Positions 21,941 through 32,905 of a stretch of DNA of 64,000 nucleotides are shown here, piece by piece. The position numbers and the translations under genes are program-made. Numbering within the stretch: position 1 is the first letter of the stretch; every line of letters starts with the position of its first letter. Source of the DNA: Candidatus Marinacidobacterales bacterium (lineage in GTDB: Bacteria > Acidobacteriota > Vicinamibacteria > Marinacidobacterales > DATDRI01); NCBI GenBank assembly GCA_965219415.1, contig CBDCNP010000002.1:3488001-3552000 (forward strand), read 5' to 3'. The notes below the pieces were generated by a model. That model had not been told where the DNA came from. It ran no database searches and saw only the letters and a program-made list of their open reading frames with translations.

Positions 21941-23140
21941 GGTGCTTCCGCAATTAAGTGTTGGCGGCCAGCCCCTAACCGGTCTGCGTGCTAGAGTTTG
22001 AACCAGAATTCCGAAGACACAGTTCTCTCATCGTCAGGGCCGAGCCAAAGTGAAGAATCGCAGATGTCTCAATCTCGCATGTCCGTTGCGGGGCAAAGTC
22101 AGTTCCGGAAACATCGTTCGCCACGGATTCTACCGAACCAGGTCCGGGAAACGCCGTCGATACCGGTGCGGCGAGTGCGGAAAGACGTTCTCCTCGACGA
22201 AAGGCACGCCCTACTACCGTCTCCAACATCGAAGAGCTACTTTCGATGGGGTCATCGCTCTCAGAGTCGAGGGTGTCAGCATTTCCTCGATTTCCCGGAT
22301 CAAAGGGATTGCCTGGAACACCATCGCCCGCTGGCTCGAGAAGGCAGCCCAAGTGTGTCGTCGATTCAATCACAGGAGGATCGCTAGCTTCGCTGCCGAA
22401 GAGCTTCAAGCCGACGAGATTCGCACGTTCGCGGGCAACAAGAAGACACCGAGTTGGGTCTTCGTTACAATCGAAGTCTGGTCTCGGCTCTGGCCATCGA
22501 CGGTGACGGGAAGGCGAAGCTACCGGAACACTCACGCTCTGTTTCGCGACCTTTCGAGACGGATGAATTTCGAGCGTCTTCCCTTGATCGTCACGGATGG
22601 ATTCGAATTCTACCAGAAGGTCATCCGTCGCTTCTTCGGTCCAGCGTGTCTCTACGGCCAGGTCCTAAAAACGCGCAGGAACGATCGCATCATCAAGGTC
22701 GAACGCAGAGCGCTGCACGGAGCCGCGTGGCGATTCGAAGACGCGCTCAATAACTCCGAGGACTCTTCGACATTGAACACGTCGTTCATCGAGCGGTTGA
22801 ATCTGACCATCCGGCAAAGCTCGGCATACCTTTCGAGACGAACGCTTTCCCACGCTCGCTCGACGGAGAGGCTCGATGAGCACCTGGAGTTGCTCCGTTG
22901 CTATTACAACTTCGTCCGACCGCACGGAGCTCTGAAGTTCGGACGTGAGATCCGAACTCCGGCTATGCAAGCCGGTCTCACCACGCGACGGCTCACCTTT
23001 CGAGACATCTTCTTGGCGACGACGATTCCTTTGTGGTCGCGGATCGAGGTTTTCCTGCTCACTGGGGCGCGCAACCCGGTCTCTTCCGCACCTGTACCAC
23101 TGCCCGCAGCCGCGTAGCAACACTTGATGGCGGAAGCACC
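21941..23140 (+). mobile_element. IS1-family element (single-ORF type), full copy
   Basis: IRs GGTGCTTCCGC.AT.AAGTGTTG; no TSD. Confidence 0.9.
22050..23117 (+). CDS. IS1-family transposase
   Basis: Zn ribbon CLNLAC...YRCGECGKTF, HTH, ELQADE, LIVTDG, NTSFIERLNLTIR. Confidence 0.9.
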   Translation: MKNRRCLNLACPLRGKVSSGNIVRHGFYRTRSGKRRRYRCGECGKTFSSTKGTPYYRLQHRRATFDGVIALRVEGVSISSISRIKGIAWNTIARWLEKAAQVCRRFNHRRIASFAAEELQADEIRTFAGNKKTPSWVFVTIEVWSRLWPSTVTGRRSYRNTHALFRDLSRRMNFERLPLIVTDGFEFYQKVIRRFFGPACLYGQVLKTRRNDRIIKVERRALHGAAWRFEDALNNSEDSSTLNTSFIERLNLTIRQSSAYLSRRTLSHARSTERLDEHLELLRCYYNFVRPHGALKFGREIRTPAMQAGLTTRRLTFRDIFLATTIPLWSRIEVFLLTGARNPVSSAPVPLPAAA

Positions 23141-23711
23141 CTCGGCGGCGCGGCATGTATCGCGACACCGTCATCTCGCTGACAACGAATCCGAGCTTCG
23201 TCAGCTCAGCGTGGATACGAGGTGCACCCCAGCCGTCTTGGGCCATCGTGCGGACGAGACGACGAATCTCGGCATCAATCCGAGGTCGACCTGGATAGCG
23301 CGGACGGGAGATCCGAGCCCAGTATCGGCGGAACCGATCTCGATTCCACCGGGCGACCGTGTCGGCGTTCACGATAACGAGCCGGCTCGCCCACGCTGGC
23401 CACGAGCTTCGGAGCGCAACCCAGAATGCTCGGTCCCGTGTCCTCGAGCGGTGGCCGGGGGCGCTCCTTCTTCAACGCCGTAACTTGCAGCCGCAGGGCC
23501 AGGTTTTCAATCACGAGGTCGGCTCGGCACCGACACATCGCCCGGGTCGCACGGGCGCCGAGTGAGACGAGGAAGATGAGGACACGGAGCATGGCGGCAG
23601 AGTTTGCCGTCTCAAGACTGGGATCTCAAGCGGGAGATGCGCTCGTTGGCCGAGGCGTGAACGGTGCGTAAGTCCTTGATTTCAGGAGCCGACGGATATT
23701 GATGATGCACA
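23141..23711 (-). mobile_element. Divergent, frameshifted relative of element A (left part)
   Basis: TGTGCATCATCAATAT end; MLRVLIFLVSLGARATRAM homologous to the 349-aa transposase. Confidence 0.75.
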
Positions 23712-23755
23712 GGTGTGATTGAGGTGTGAGCCTGGCCAACATCGGGAATGCATGG

Positions 23756-25489
23756 TTAGCCGGCAAGCGTCTGTCGGCGTTTTGCTGTGGCTTCCATGTC
23801 AATCTGGAGATCATCTCCCTTGAGGATAACCGCATAAACTTCCTCCGCAGCTTCTCGGCTGACGTATCCGTCGAATACATCTTTACGTACGAGATGCGGG
23901 TCCCGTTCGAGGGGACTACCATATCCGCCTCCGCCCCCGGTTCGTGCAACAATCCGCGATCCCTTTTTCAGTAAGATGCCACTGGTTTTCAACACCTCAT
24001 AGGGTGTCTCGTCACCTGGCGGATGAATGGTGACTTGCGGTATCGATCCGGCATGTCCACCAAACAATCCCCACTGCGGCGTCTTCGTCCGCTCGAAATG
24101 GGCCTGAAATGTAACGTCTATTAACGCTTCATACTCCTTGATAGTGTTCAAGCCGCCTCGCCATTTGCCAGCACCACCTGTATCTACTCCCATCTGGAGG
24201 CGTCTAATCAGTATCGGACTACGACTTTCCTGGGTTTCAACAGGGCTGTTGCGAAAATCTCCCGCCACAGAATGCGTAATTGCGCTCACTCCGTCCACAC
24301 CCGAACTGGCACCCCAACCGCCGTTCATCGACTCACCACCCATCCAGAATTCTCCCGTATCCGGGTCTCTGCCATAGACCTCAAGATTCCAGGAATCCCC
24401 CGGCAACCCCGCGACTACCCGATCCGGGATCGCCGGAGCGAGGGCCTTAAAAATCAAATCAAGCAGCATCATAACTGGCATGGGTCGCATGCCTCCGACG
24501 GGCTCTTGTGCCCAGAAAATGGATGCCCGTTCAGCGATCAGATGAACAGGAATGAAACTCCCATGATTTACTTCAGGAACAGGACTCGGATAAAGAAAGG
24601 CAAGCGCCAGTTTCGCCATTGCCTTCGTCGATGGAAGACCAGTGTTGATGTTGCCGGCGTGTTGTTTGTCTGAGCCTCTGGTGTCAACCGTTATTTCATC
24701 ACCGTTTATTGTTACCTTTACCCTTACAAGCACGGGATCATCGGTAACCCCATCGTTGTCTATATAGCCTTCTTCTTCATATACACCGTCCGGAATGCTT
24801 GATATGAATTCCCGGTAGTTGGCCTCGGTCACATCAAATATGTCCTGCGTGGCCTGTCTGATGACATCCAGCCCAAAGCGAACAATCAGCTGCAAATACC
24901 TTTTTTCGCCCATTCTGGCAGCGGCAACCATCGCGTTCATATCGCCCATGAGGGTCCTGGGTAGTCTGGAGTTCAGGACTAGCAAATCGACGACATCCGA
25001 AATGAATTCGCCCCCTTGCATGATCCTGATGGGTGGTATGCGGATACCTTCCTGGTAGATTTCGGTCGTCCCCGCCGGATGTCCGGGAGTCGCCGCACCC
25101 ACGTCGCTCCAATGTGCTCTTATGGCACCGAAACCGACAGGCCCCCCTTCATAGGCATACACGCTGACGATATCCACGTCATTCAAGTGAGCCCCGACGG
25201 TATAGGTATCATTGACAACAAAAACATCTCCTTCTCTCATGTTGTCCAAGCCATATTTGTCAACGATGGCCCCTACCGCCGCCTCCAGCCCTCCGGTGAA
25301 GTAGGGTGTACCTGGTGCTTGTGCCAGCAATTGCACCTTTTCGTTATAGATGGAGATACCGTAATCGTGGCTTTCGTAAATGACTGGAGAATATGAACTG
25401 CGATTCAACACCGCACTCACGTCATCCGCGATCGCATAAAATGCGTTCCGGATTACTTCTGTCGTAATGGGATCTATTGTCGAGCTCAT
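23756..25489 (-). CDS. Hydantoinase B/oxoprolinase family protein
   Basis: DPITTEVIRN, HLNDV, RAHWSDVG, EIYQEG, TGGGGGYG. Confidence 0.92.
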   Translation of the reverse strand: MSSTIDPITTEVIRNAFYAIADDVSAVLNRSSYSPVIYESHDYGISIYNEKVQLLAQAPGTPYFTGGLEAAVGAIVDKYGLDNMREGDVFVVNDTYTVGAHLNDVDIVSVYAYEGGPVGFGAIRAHWSDVGAATPGHPAGTTEIYQEGIRIPPIRIMQGGEFISDVVDLLVLNSRLPRTLMGDMNAMVAAARMGEKRYLQLIVRFGLDVIRQATQDIFDVTEANYREFISSIPDGVYEEEGYIDNDGVTDDPVLVRVKVTINGDEITVDTRGSDKQHAGNINTGLPSTKAMAKLALAFLYPSPVPEVNHGSFIPVHLIAERASIFWAQEPVGGMRPMPVMMLLDLIFKALAPAIPDRVVAGLPGDSWNLEVYGRDPDTGEFWMGGESMNGGWGASSGVDGVSAITHSVAGDFRNSPVETQESRSPILIRRLQMGVDTGGAGKWRGGLNTIKEYEALIDVTFQAHFERTKTPQWGLFGGHAGSIPQVTIHPPGDETPYEVLKTSGILLKKGSRIVARTGGGGGYGSPLERDPHLVRKDVFDGYVSREAAEEVYAVILKGDDLQIDMEATAKRRQTLAG

Positions 25490-27540
25490 CGTTTTGTCCC
25501 GTGTCTTTGTATTACGAGATTTCCCACCGAATCCAGTTCCACTCTGTAGTCAGGTGGCACAACCGTGGTACAGGACAACTCATTGATAACCAGGGGACCT
25601 TCCAGGGATTCTCCCTCTTTCAGCATCGATCGATCAAGAAACTGCGTACTCATCCGTTTCCCGGAAAAAACCACGGGCCTGGTTTTTTCTGCCGCGGCAT
25701 CAGCCTCAGATATCAACGCCCTGGGGTCACCATCGGTCGATGAATTCAGGCCACGCGCTTCAACTCTGATATTTGCCAACTCACCCTGCTCCTCCGGATT
25801 GGAGTGACCGTATTTTTTCATGTACAGGTCATCGAATAGTTTTTTGAATCGCGTGGTCTGTGATGCATCTAGAGGCGCGTCTGCGCGTATCGGTACGCTT
25901 ACAAAGTACTCCTGACTGATATAGCGTATATCCAGGTATCTTAGAAAACGCATCCTCTCAGTGGGAACCCCTTCGCCTTGCATCAACGCCGCTAGTTCTG
26001 CTTCGATGCCGGAGAAGCCATCTTGCACTTCGTTCCAGTCCAGATTGTTCAAACGTGTACTGAATGATTTTGACACGTCGTGACGTATATCTGCATTCAG
26101 CATGCCCCACGCTGAAAACTCGCCTGCCACATCGGGAACAATCACTTTGTGAATTTCGAGTTCTTCCGCAATCAGCGCGGCATGCATCGGACCGGCGCCG
26201 CCAAAGGCTATCAACGAGAGTTCTCTCGGATCGATCCCCTTGCTTATGGTCATGGTGCGAATGGCGTTTGCCATTTTCGAATTGATGACATCGAGGATCC
26301 CCGCCGCCATCTTGTCGACCGTCAAGCCAAACTCTTTTCCCAGTTCACTCACTACCGAATGAGAGGCATCCGCATCCAGTTGCATGCGGCCACCCAGAAA
26401 GGAATCCGGGTCAATGCGGCCGAGGACCACATTTGCATCAGTTACGGTAGGTTCGGTCCCACCTCTTGAATAGCAGGCAGGTCCTGGTTGAGCGCCTGCA
26501 CTCCGAGGGCCAACACGAAGCGCTCCGCCCTCGCTCCATGCAATACTACCGCCTCCTGCGCCGATGGAATGGATGTCCACCATAGGCGCCAGAATTGGAA
26601 AGCCCTCAAAGCTTGTCTCTGAAACAACTGACTCCTTGCCCTCAACGACCAAGCTCACGTCAAAACTCGTCCCTCCCATATCGATGCATATCAAATTGGG
26701 TTCTCCAAGCTGCTTGCTTAGCACACTCGATCCTACGCTTGCGCCTACCGGACCAGACATCAAGGTCAGCAGACCTCTCGATTCGCTCTCGTTCGAATCC
26801 ATAAGCCCGCCGTTCGACTGCATCATGAAGACTTTTTTGTCGAATCCCTTTTCTTCCAGTGCGCCCACCAGTTGCACCAGATATTTTTTTAATATCGGTG
26901 ATACATAGGCATTGATGACAGTAGTACTCGTGCGTTCATATTCCCGCCACTCTCGGCAAACCTCGTAGGACGGCGTTACAAAAATGTCCGGCGCTACACG
27001 GCGAAAAAATTCTGCCGCGGCCTTTTCGTGAGCGGGATTAACATAGCTGTGAACGAAACAGATTGCGACAGATTCAATCCCGGCGTCACGTAACCGGGGC
27101 ACAATAGCCGCCAGATCATCTTCATTCAGCGGAGTAACGACATCGCCCTTTACATTCAGTCGTTCCTCCACCTCAAACGTAAGCGCACGGGGCACAAGAG
27201 GTTCTGGATGACAATAATGCAGGTCGTACATCCGGACACGATTGCTTCTACGGATAATATAGACGTCACCAAAGCCCTTGGTTGTGACAAGCGCAGTCCG
27301 TGCACCTTTTCTTTCAAGAAATGCGTTTAGCGGGGCGGTAGTACCATTGATAAGGAGTTCAATCCGGCTGTAATCGTCGATAATTTCGTTGAGCGCAGTA
27401 ATGACGCCGGCCGAATAGTTGTCAGACACAGACGGTGTCTTGGCGATCAACATACCGTGTTGTTCATCATCGAATACCACTAGATCGGTGAACGTACCGC
27501 CTATATCTATCCCGACTTTTAGTGAGCTTTGTTTTCTCAT
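25486..27540 (-). CDS. Hydantoinase A/oxoprolinase family protein
   Basis: GIDIGGTFTD, REYERTSTT, DMGGTSFD, GAGGGS, FGGAGPMH; overlaps the B gene by 4 nt. Confidence 0.92.
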   Translation of the reverse strand: MRKQSSLKVGIDIGGTFTDLVVFDDEQHGMLIAKTPSVSDNYSAGVITALNEIIDDYSRIELLINGTTAPLNAFLERKGARTALVTTKGFGDVYIIRRSNRVRMYDLHYCHPEPLVPRALTFEVEERLNVKGDVVTPLNEDDLAAIVPRLRDAGIESVAICFVHSYVNPAHEKAAAEFFRRVAPDIFVTPSYEVCREWREYERTSTTVINAYVSPILKKYLVQLVGALEEKGFDKKVFMMQSNGGLMDSNESESRGLLTLMSGPVGASVGSSVLSKQLGEPNLICIDMGGTSFDVSLVVEGKESVVSETSFEGFPILAPMVDIHSIGAGGGSIAWSEGGALRVGPRSAGAQPGPACYSRGGTEPTVTDANVVLGRIDPDSFLGGRMQLDADASHSVVSELGKEFGLTVDKMAAGILDVINSKMANAIRTMTISKGIDPRELSLIAFGGAGPMHAALIAEELEIHKVIVPDVAGEFSAWGMLNADIRHDVSKSFSTRLNNLDWNEVQDGFSGIEAELAALMQGEGVPTERMRFLRYLDIRYISQEYFVSVPIRADAPLDASQTTRFKKLFDDLYMKKYGHSNPEEQGELANIRVEARGLNSSTDGDPRALISEADAAAEKTRPVVFSGKRMSTQFLDRSMLKEGESLEGPLVINELSCTTVVPPDYRVELDSVGNLVIQRHGTKR

Positions 27541-27649
27541 CGCTACAGTATTCTCCTGGTTTTCGAAAATATGTCGCCTGGTCCTTGGGTGCAACCGACC
27601 GGCTCTCCAAGAACGAAGACAACGCAAGCCATTTGGGCCGGCACTCGAG

Positions 27650-28950
27650 CTACCGTTTACGAAGGTACTGAAAACGCACGACCTGGTCGTTGAAGTGGAC
27701 GTAGCCATCGATGCCCTGTTTGGTCGCGAGGCGGAAATCCGGCTGAGTGATCCACACCTGCGCTGCGTCCTCGATGATCATCCGCTGCGCTTCCCGGAGC
27801 AGTGTCCGTCGCCTCTCCGGTTCTAGCTCAATCACCGCACGATTGACCATCTCGTCCACCGCCGAGTTGGAGTAGCTTCCGTGATTGAGAAAGGCTCCGC
27901 TCACATATCCAAACCACAGCGGATAGATTGGGTCGTCTACCCACCATAGGTTTTGATCCAAGAAAAAGCGTAGGGTGTGGGAGGCGCGCTGTTCCGCATA
28001 GACCGCCGGGGTGTGCTTGACGATGGCGACCTCCACGCCAACCTCTTTGAGCGCCGATTGGAGGAGTATCGCAATCGACTCGTGCTCCGGTACACCGCTA
28101 TCGATCTCTAGGTCAACCGAGAAGCCATCAGGATAACCGGCCGCAACCAACAACGCCTTGGCTTTGTCCGGGTCTCGCTGCCCGTATGGGTAGTCGCCGG
28201 GCTCGTGTACTGGAAAGCCGACCGGAACGGGTCCGGCCGTGGCCTGGGCCCGACCGAAATAGACATCCCTCATTACCGCCTGGTACGGCATCGCATACGA
28301 CATCGCCCTCCGAACCCGAACGTCATCGAACGGCGGCATCTGGCAGTGCATGACCAGACTGACGGCTTGCGTGCTCGGTAGCGAGAGCACCCTGACTCCC
28401 GGCACGCGCGCCACCGCATCATTCTCTTCTGCGGAGAGACGCTCCACCACATCCAAGTAGCCGGACACGAGTAACATCATACGATCCGCGGCGGACGGAA
28501 TGATCTTCATGACTACTTTGTCGATCGCGGGCTCACCTCTCCAATAGTTCTTGTTAGCTCGGAGCACGATCTCTACGCCGCGGGTCCAGCTCTCGACGAA
28601 GTAAGCTCCCGCACCCGCCGTGTTCTGGCGCAGCCACGTCTCCGCCCATCTCTCCCCCGGCTCGCTTTTCTCCTCGACCAGCCGCGGATCTAGAATCCCT
28701 CCATTCGATAGGATGAGAAGACGGGGCAGCAACGGGTTGGGTCGGTCGGTGGTGATTCGAACGGTATCTTCATCAATCGCTTCGACCGCGTCCGGTCCCG
28801 GGATGCGCCCTAGATTTCGATAGAGAAATGCGCCGCCCGAACCCTTGACTCCGAAATTTCGATCGAAGACGGCTTTGACCGCTTCCGCGGTCACCGCATC
28901 ACCGCTTGGAAACCGAACGCCTTCTCGCACCTCGAGCGTCCAGGTGACCC
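27650..28950 (-). pseudogene. ABC peptide/nickel-type solute-binding protein (family 5), N-terminally truncated
   Basis: DGVTWTLEVREGVRF, PPFDDVRVRRA; 5' end replaced by the MITE at 28951. Confidence 0.85.
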
Positions 28951-29195
28951 CGTCCTGTGCCAAAACTCGGCCCTTTTTAAAAGGCTATAAATCAGTAACT
29001 TAGTGTCTATGTTTGCGACTGGGCCAAGGGCCGTAGGCTTTACAATCGTCTTGGGCGGACGGGTCGTCACCATGCAGATGACCACCTAGTCGAGAACGAA
29101 TATCGCAGCGTGTTCCTGGAAGCTGTTTCCGCGCTACTGTGGTCCGCGAAAAAGAAGACCGTGTACCGCTGGATCGACTTTTTGCGGAGCACAAC
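28951..29195 (+). mobile_element. CGTCC-MITE long form
   Basis: Shares its interior with the copies at 34295 and 34675. Confidence 0.75.
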
Positions 29196-29220
29196 CCACG
29201 GAGACGGGGGACGAGACATC

Positions 29221-29370
29221 TTGAGCGAGTCCTCGAAGCGCAAGAAAGCCATGGCCGCGCTCTTCACGGGCGTAGGCCTTTCGGCAACGGGCTTTCTCGC
29301 CATAGTCACGGTCATCCCCCTCGTCGCCGAGGATCTGCTGGGGAGCGCGAAATGGAGCGGACTACCTTCC
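29221..29370 (+). pseudogene. MFS transporter N-terminal fragment
   Basis: AMAALFTGVGLSATGFLAIVTVIPLVAEDLLGSAKWSGLP; cut by the element A end. Confidence 0.5.
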
Positions 29371-29533
29371 TGTCCATCATCATTATTAATCCGGGACTGG
29401 ATCTAGGCCCGGACCGCCCTCGAGCCCATGCTGGAGAGCGTGGTCAGCGCGCGAGGGAAGGTGCTGAGGACGAACTTCTCGGCGACCAGCCGAGTAACGC
29501 GAGCGACCAAGCTGACTCAGGCTGCCTCTCGCC
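29371..29533 (-). mobile_element. Element A right-end fragment
   Basis: TGTCCATCATCATTATT end plus the last codons (WREAA). Confidence 0.85.
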
Positions 29534-29744
29534 AATCCTTAAACTTCTCCTGGCATAGCTGCAGATCCTCGATAATACTGTTTCGCGCGCGAAGCTCTCG
29601 CTCACTAAAGACGCTCTTCTCTCTATTTGGCCGACCTGCGGCGAACCACGCTCGCAGCTCATCAACGGCAGTTTCCAAGAGCGGCGTGTGCGCCAGGACC
29701 ATTACGGTGTTCGGCCATCTTCTAAGGACAGCGTCAAAGGGCGT

Positions 29745-30227
29745 CTATTCCTGAGTGTCCCAGGCCGTGGGATGAATACCAAAAAACACGGTAGGTGGGC
29801 GAGATGCCTCTATGTCCTTGTAGCGAAGCGGATGCTCAAGGACGCGGTACCGCGCATTTGTCTTTGACGCATCAATCGTAGAACTGCCGCCAGAATCGTT
29901 TCTCCAGAGATCCATCAGCAACGCGGCCTCGGGCAGAACGGAGCGCAACCGGACACGCGAGGTGGACCCGTCTTGCTTCAATCGCCGCATCGTCCTAGGA
30001 GCCCAAACGAGAGCCCACGCTCCCTCCCCCTCATCTTGGTCAAGAAGCACGTCAGCTAACGTGCGCACTGATTCCCACCAACGCTCCGAATACGCCATCG
30101 CGGATCGGAGGACACAGTCCCACTTGTCGCCAGCGAGACGCTGCCGTGAGTCAATTCGCTCTCCCGAGTCGAGCGTGGTCATGCCCCCAATCAAGACAAT
30201 CGTGGGCCCCTCGGCGGGAGCAGTCAT
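29745..30227 (-). CDS. Hypothetical protein
   Basis: 160-aa ORF with upstream GGAG; no recognised motif. Confidence 0.45.
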   Translation of the reverse strand: MTAPAEGPTIVLIGGMTTLDSGERIDSRQRLAGDKWDCVLRSAMAYSERWWESVRTLADVLLDQDEGEGAWALVWAPRTMRRLKQDGSTSRVRLRSVLPEAALLMDLWRNDSGGSSTIDASKTNARYRVLEHPLRYKDIEASRPPTVFFGIHPTAWDTQE

Positions 30228-30568
30228 AGCTTTGCTCCAACAACCAGGCTCATTGTTGCAGTCGTTAGATACGGAGCTCGATCATCCATCGGTACGTTGC
30301 AGAGTTTGGAGAAGCTTTTCGTTTTCGGATGCTGCAAGTGCCAGACTCACCGGGTCGGTTCCGGTCAGCCGTTGTTGTCTGATATAGGCTCGTGCAAGTT
30401 GGACCAAACGCTCGTCCGCTTGTCGTCCCCCCGTATCTGTTGCACCGCCTCTTAGCCCAACAGAGCCGAGCGATTCGAACTCAGTGCGCTCCCTCGTGCC
30501 GTCATCCCGGATGACAACGCGCCTCGTCCCCGTCCTAGCTCGAGTTTATGGAAGGGACAACTAAACCA

Positions 30569-30781
30569 TTACTTCTTTTTGGTCTTCTTCGCGGCGTTCA
30601 GCTGTCGCATGATCTTGGTGACTCGATTCATGTCGCCGCCGACGATCGCCCGTATTGCGCGGTTCGGTACCCCCGCGAGGCCGAGTTTGGTAATGAGGAG
30701 GGTCTCCAGGATCTTCGCCTCGTCGGATTGGCGCTTGGCCCTCTTCTTTTTCACTGCCTTCTTTCTCGTCTTCTTTGCCAC
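30569..30781 (-). CDS. Small basic HTH-like protein (paralog of 31932-32045)
   Basis: Lys-rich termini; ILETLLITKLGLAGVPNRAIRAIVGGDMNRVTKIM; GGGAG upstream of the GTG start. Confidence 0.65.
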   Translation of the reverse strand: MAKKTRKKAVKKKRAKRQSDEAKILETLLITKLGLAGVPNRAIRAIVGGDMNRVTKIMRQLNAAKKTKKK

Positions 30782-30965
30782 TGAGTTCTCCCGTATTATT
30801 GTTGATTCCCACTACATCGTGTGCGCCGCCCAGCAGCGAACCCTAATTGTTGGTATTTTCTCAAGTCTAGACGAGCGTTCTCCGTATTGTCAACCCGGAA
30901 TTGGTACGAAAATAGCTTGCGCTTGAGAAAGCACGCCGGCTGGGGCTCAACCAAGAACGGAGGCG

Positions 30966-31055
30966 AAGCTTCAACGACCGGTTCGGACACATCCCCTGGA
31001 CCGACAGCGACCGCGTCCACCGACTCATCACGGAGGACATCCCGAACCGCGTGGT
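30966..31055 (+). pseudogene. Second small hsdR fragment
   Basis: SFNDRFGHIPWTDSDRVHRLITEDIPNRV, homologous to 18095-18183. Confidence 0.6.
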
Positions 31056-31539
31056 GGCCGGCCAGGCCGGGACAGGAGTTCCTCACCTCGCCGGTCGGTA
31101 TCGCCTGCGGCTGGCCTTCGCTAACCGTACGGCCGTCTGAGCCCCTGTGGTAGCATGATTCCGTGTTCGACACCCACGTGCCCGCCCGCCGGTTGACGGG
31201 CGCCAGCCTCTCCGTCGAGCAGGTGACACCGGAGGCATTACGCGCCGAGCTTGCCAGCTTGGAGGTTGGAGGAACATCTCCGCCGACTCTTGACCGAATG
31301 ACGTGACTCCTACAATCGCGCGAGACTGCATTCATCGCTCGGGCCTGGCCTTCCCACCCCCTGTGTCGAGCTTCCGATGAAACCGGACCAGCACCGACAT
31401 CCATTACCCGACCAGCGCGCCGTCACCTGGAGGCTGGTCCTTGGTGGCTCCATCACGATTACCGGTTGTCACGCGTCGCCTGACCGACCTAGCTTCTCGC
31501 GGCGAACAACGCGTTCTTTCTCGAGCACGTTATTGCGTC

Positions 31540-31775
31540 GGTGGCTTGGCGGCGACAGCGTCCAGAATTTCCACCGAGGCGAAGACGAGTTCGCAGGACG
31601 TCGCTCTCATGGCTGTCTGCCCATCGATACGCGATCTTCTTTTTTGCGGATCACAGGTTGGGTTGAGACGCTCGACGAACGACGCGTTCAGAGTCCCGGA
31701 ATCCTCCGACTCCAACAGCAGCTTCCTTCAAGCGCCTCGCCGTGCCGATCTTCAGACGCCGCTCGACTCCGACGA
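31540..31775 (-). mobile_element. IS1-family transposase remnants
   Basis: EDSGTLNASFVERLN; 31540-31650 also repeated at about 7180-7300. Confidence 0.6.
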
Positions 31776-31931
31776 CATGCCTGATTCCGGATGATTTTCG
31801 TCATTCCAGTGTAGCGGCGCTGAAAAATAGGCTGTTTCACTCATGATTTCATGTGCTTGCAGTCGATCGATCAACAGAGAACAGGCAAGCACGCCCTTAA
31901 GGGCTGTCGGAAGGAATGGAAAAAAAGAAGG

Positions 31932-32045
31932 TCAGGTCACTCCAAGTTGTGCAATCAAGAGGTCCTTCAGTAGATCTACAACTTTACTATTCGCGACGGT
32001 CATTGCCTTCGGACTCGCGGCTTGATTCTTCTTTCGCGCCATCAT
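31932..32045 (-). pseudogene. Truncated small basic HTH-like gene
   Basis: Translated by hand: MMARKKNQAASPKAMTVANSKVVDLLKDLLIAQLGVT*; GGAG RBS; aligns with 30569-30781. Confidence 0.6.
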
Positions 32046-32086
32046 CAGCTCCAATATTTCCTGGGTAGGTCTCCTCCGTCCTACGT

Positions 32087-32869
32087 TCACGGAATTACAT
32101 TTTTTTTAGCTTCCAGAAGCTTTGTCCAATCGTCGAAATACAGCTCCACGCGCTTCCGATCGTTCTTCGATACTGGATTGTGATGGGCCATCACGTTCCG
32201 CGGGTGCTCCAACTGTTCTAGCATGTTCGTGATCCACGGACGGTCCGGGGAGATGACGGAGAAGCTCGACCAGTTTTTTTCGATGATCTGTCGCAAATCT
32301 CTGAAATCTGAATAGTAGATATTGTGCGCGTTGCGTTTGCCGTGCCACGGCTTCTGCGATTCTTTCTGCTTCCTGTCAGAGACGTTCTTTTGCACGTGCC
32401 CAGGAACGCACTCCATCCACCACGCCTTTCCAGAAGATTTCTCCAGTACCCTCGTTATGACGACGCGCATGGAATTTTCGAGAGCGTAGTAGACTGTATA
32501 GAGCTTCGCCATCTCCTGAGCGTCTCGCGCGAGCGTCGTCGAGAGCACAACATCGACCTTAGGTATTTCACGAGGGAGAGTAATTGTCGCACTAGCGCTC
32601 TTCGTTTTTTCCTTTGATTTCCGTCCGTGGGATCCTTGCGTCGCATTATTGCTACCACTGCGTATCAGACTACGCACATGGCTTACCTCAGCAGCGTCAA
32701 GGTATTTGGTAAGATCTAGCCCTTCCTGATGTGCGATCACATAAGTCGCGTCGGCCGTTGTCATCGGACCATTTTGCGTCTTTACCTTTTTCACGCGTTG
32801 TGACAGCCGTTGCTTCGTCACACCGAGGTAGGAGAGCAGCGCCTTTCGTAGATCGCTATTGGTTCTCAT
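32087..32869 (-). CDS. Swt1-like HEPN domain protein
   Basis: YALENSMR, WW..CVP, YYSDFRDL..II..NW, RNVMAH (Rx4H). Confidence 0.8.
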   Translation of the reverse strand: MRTNSDLRKALLSYLGVTKQRLSQRVKKVKTQNGPMTTADATYVIAHQEGLDLTKYLDAAEVSHVRSLIRSGSNNATQGSHGRKSKEKTKSASATITLPREIPKVDVVLSTTLARDAQEMAKLYTVYYALENSMRVVITRVLEKSSGKAWWMECVPGHVQKNVSDRKQKESQKPWHGKRNAHNIYYSDFRDLRQIIEKNWSSFSVISPDRPWITNMLEQLEHPRNVMAHHNPVSKNDRKRVELYFDDWTKLLEAKKNVIP

Positions 32870-32905
32870 GATTTGGCGCAAATACTTCGTAACTCACCTA
32901 GCCAC

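Noticed and set aside
25486-27708. 740-aa N-terminal extension of hydantoinase A
   Set aside because: It overlaps the SBP gene; the ATG at 27540 has an AGGAG RBS and immediately precedes the conserved GIDIGGTFTD.
28945-28957. CCCGTC as a strict target site rather than part of the MITE
   Set aside because: Copies at 43849, 52539 and 53358 lack the leading CC, and the CGT start aligns with the other YGT ends; CC looks like a flank preference only.
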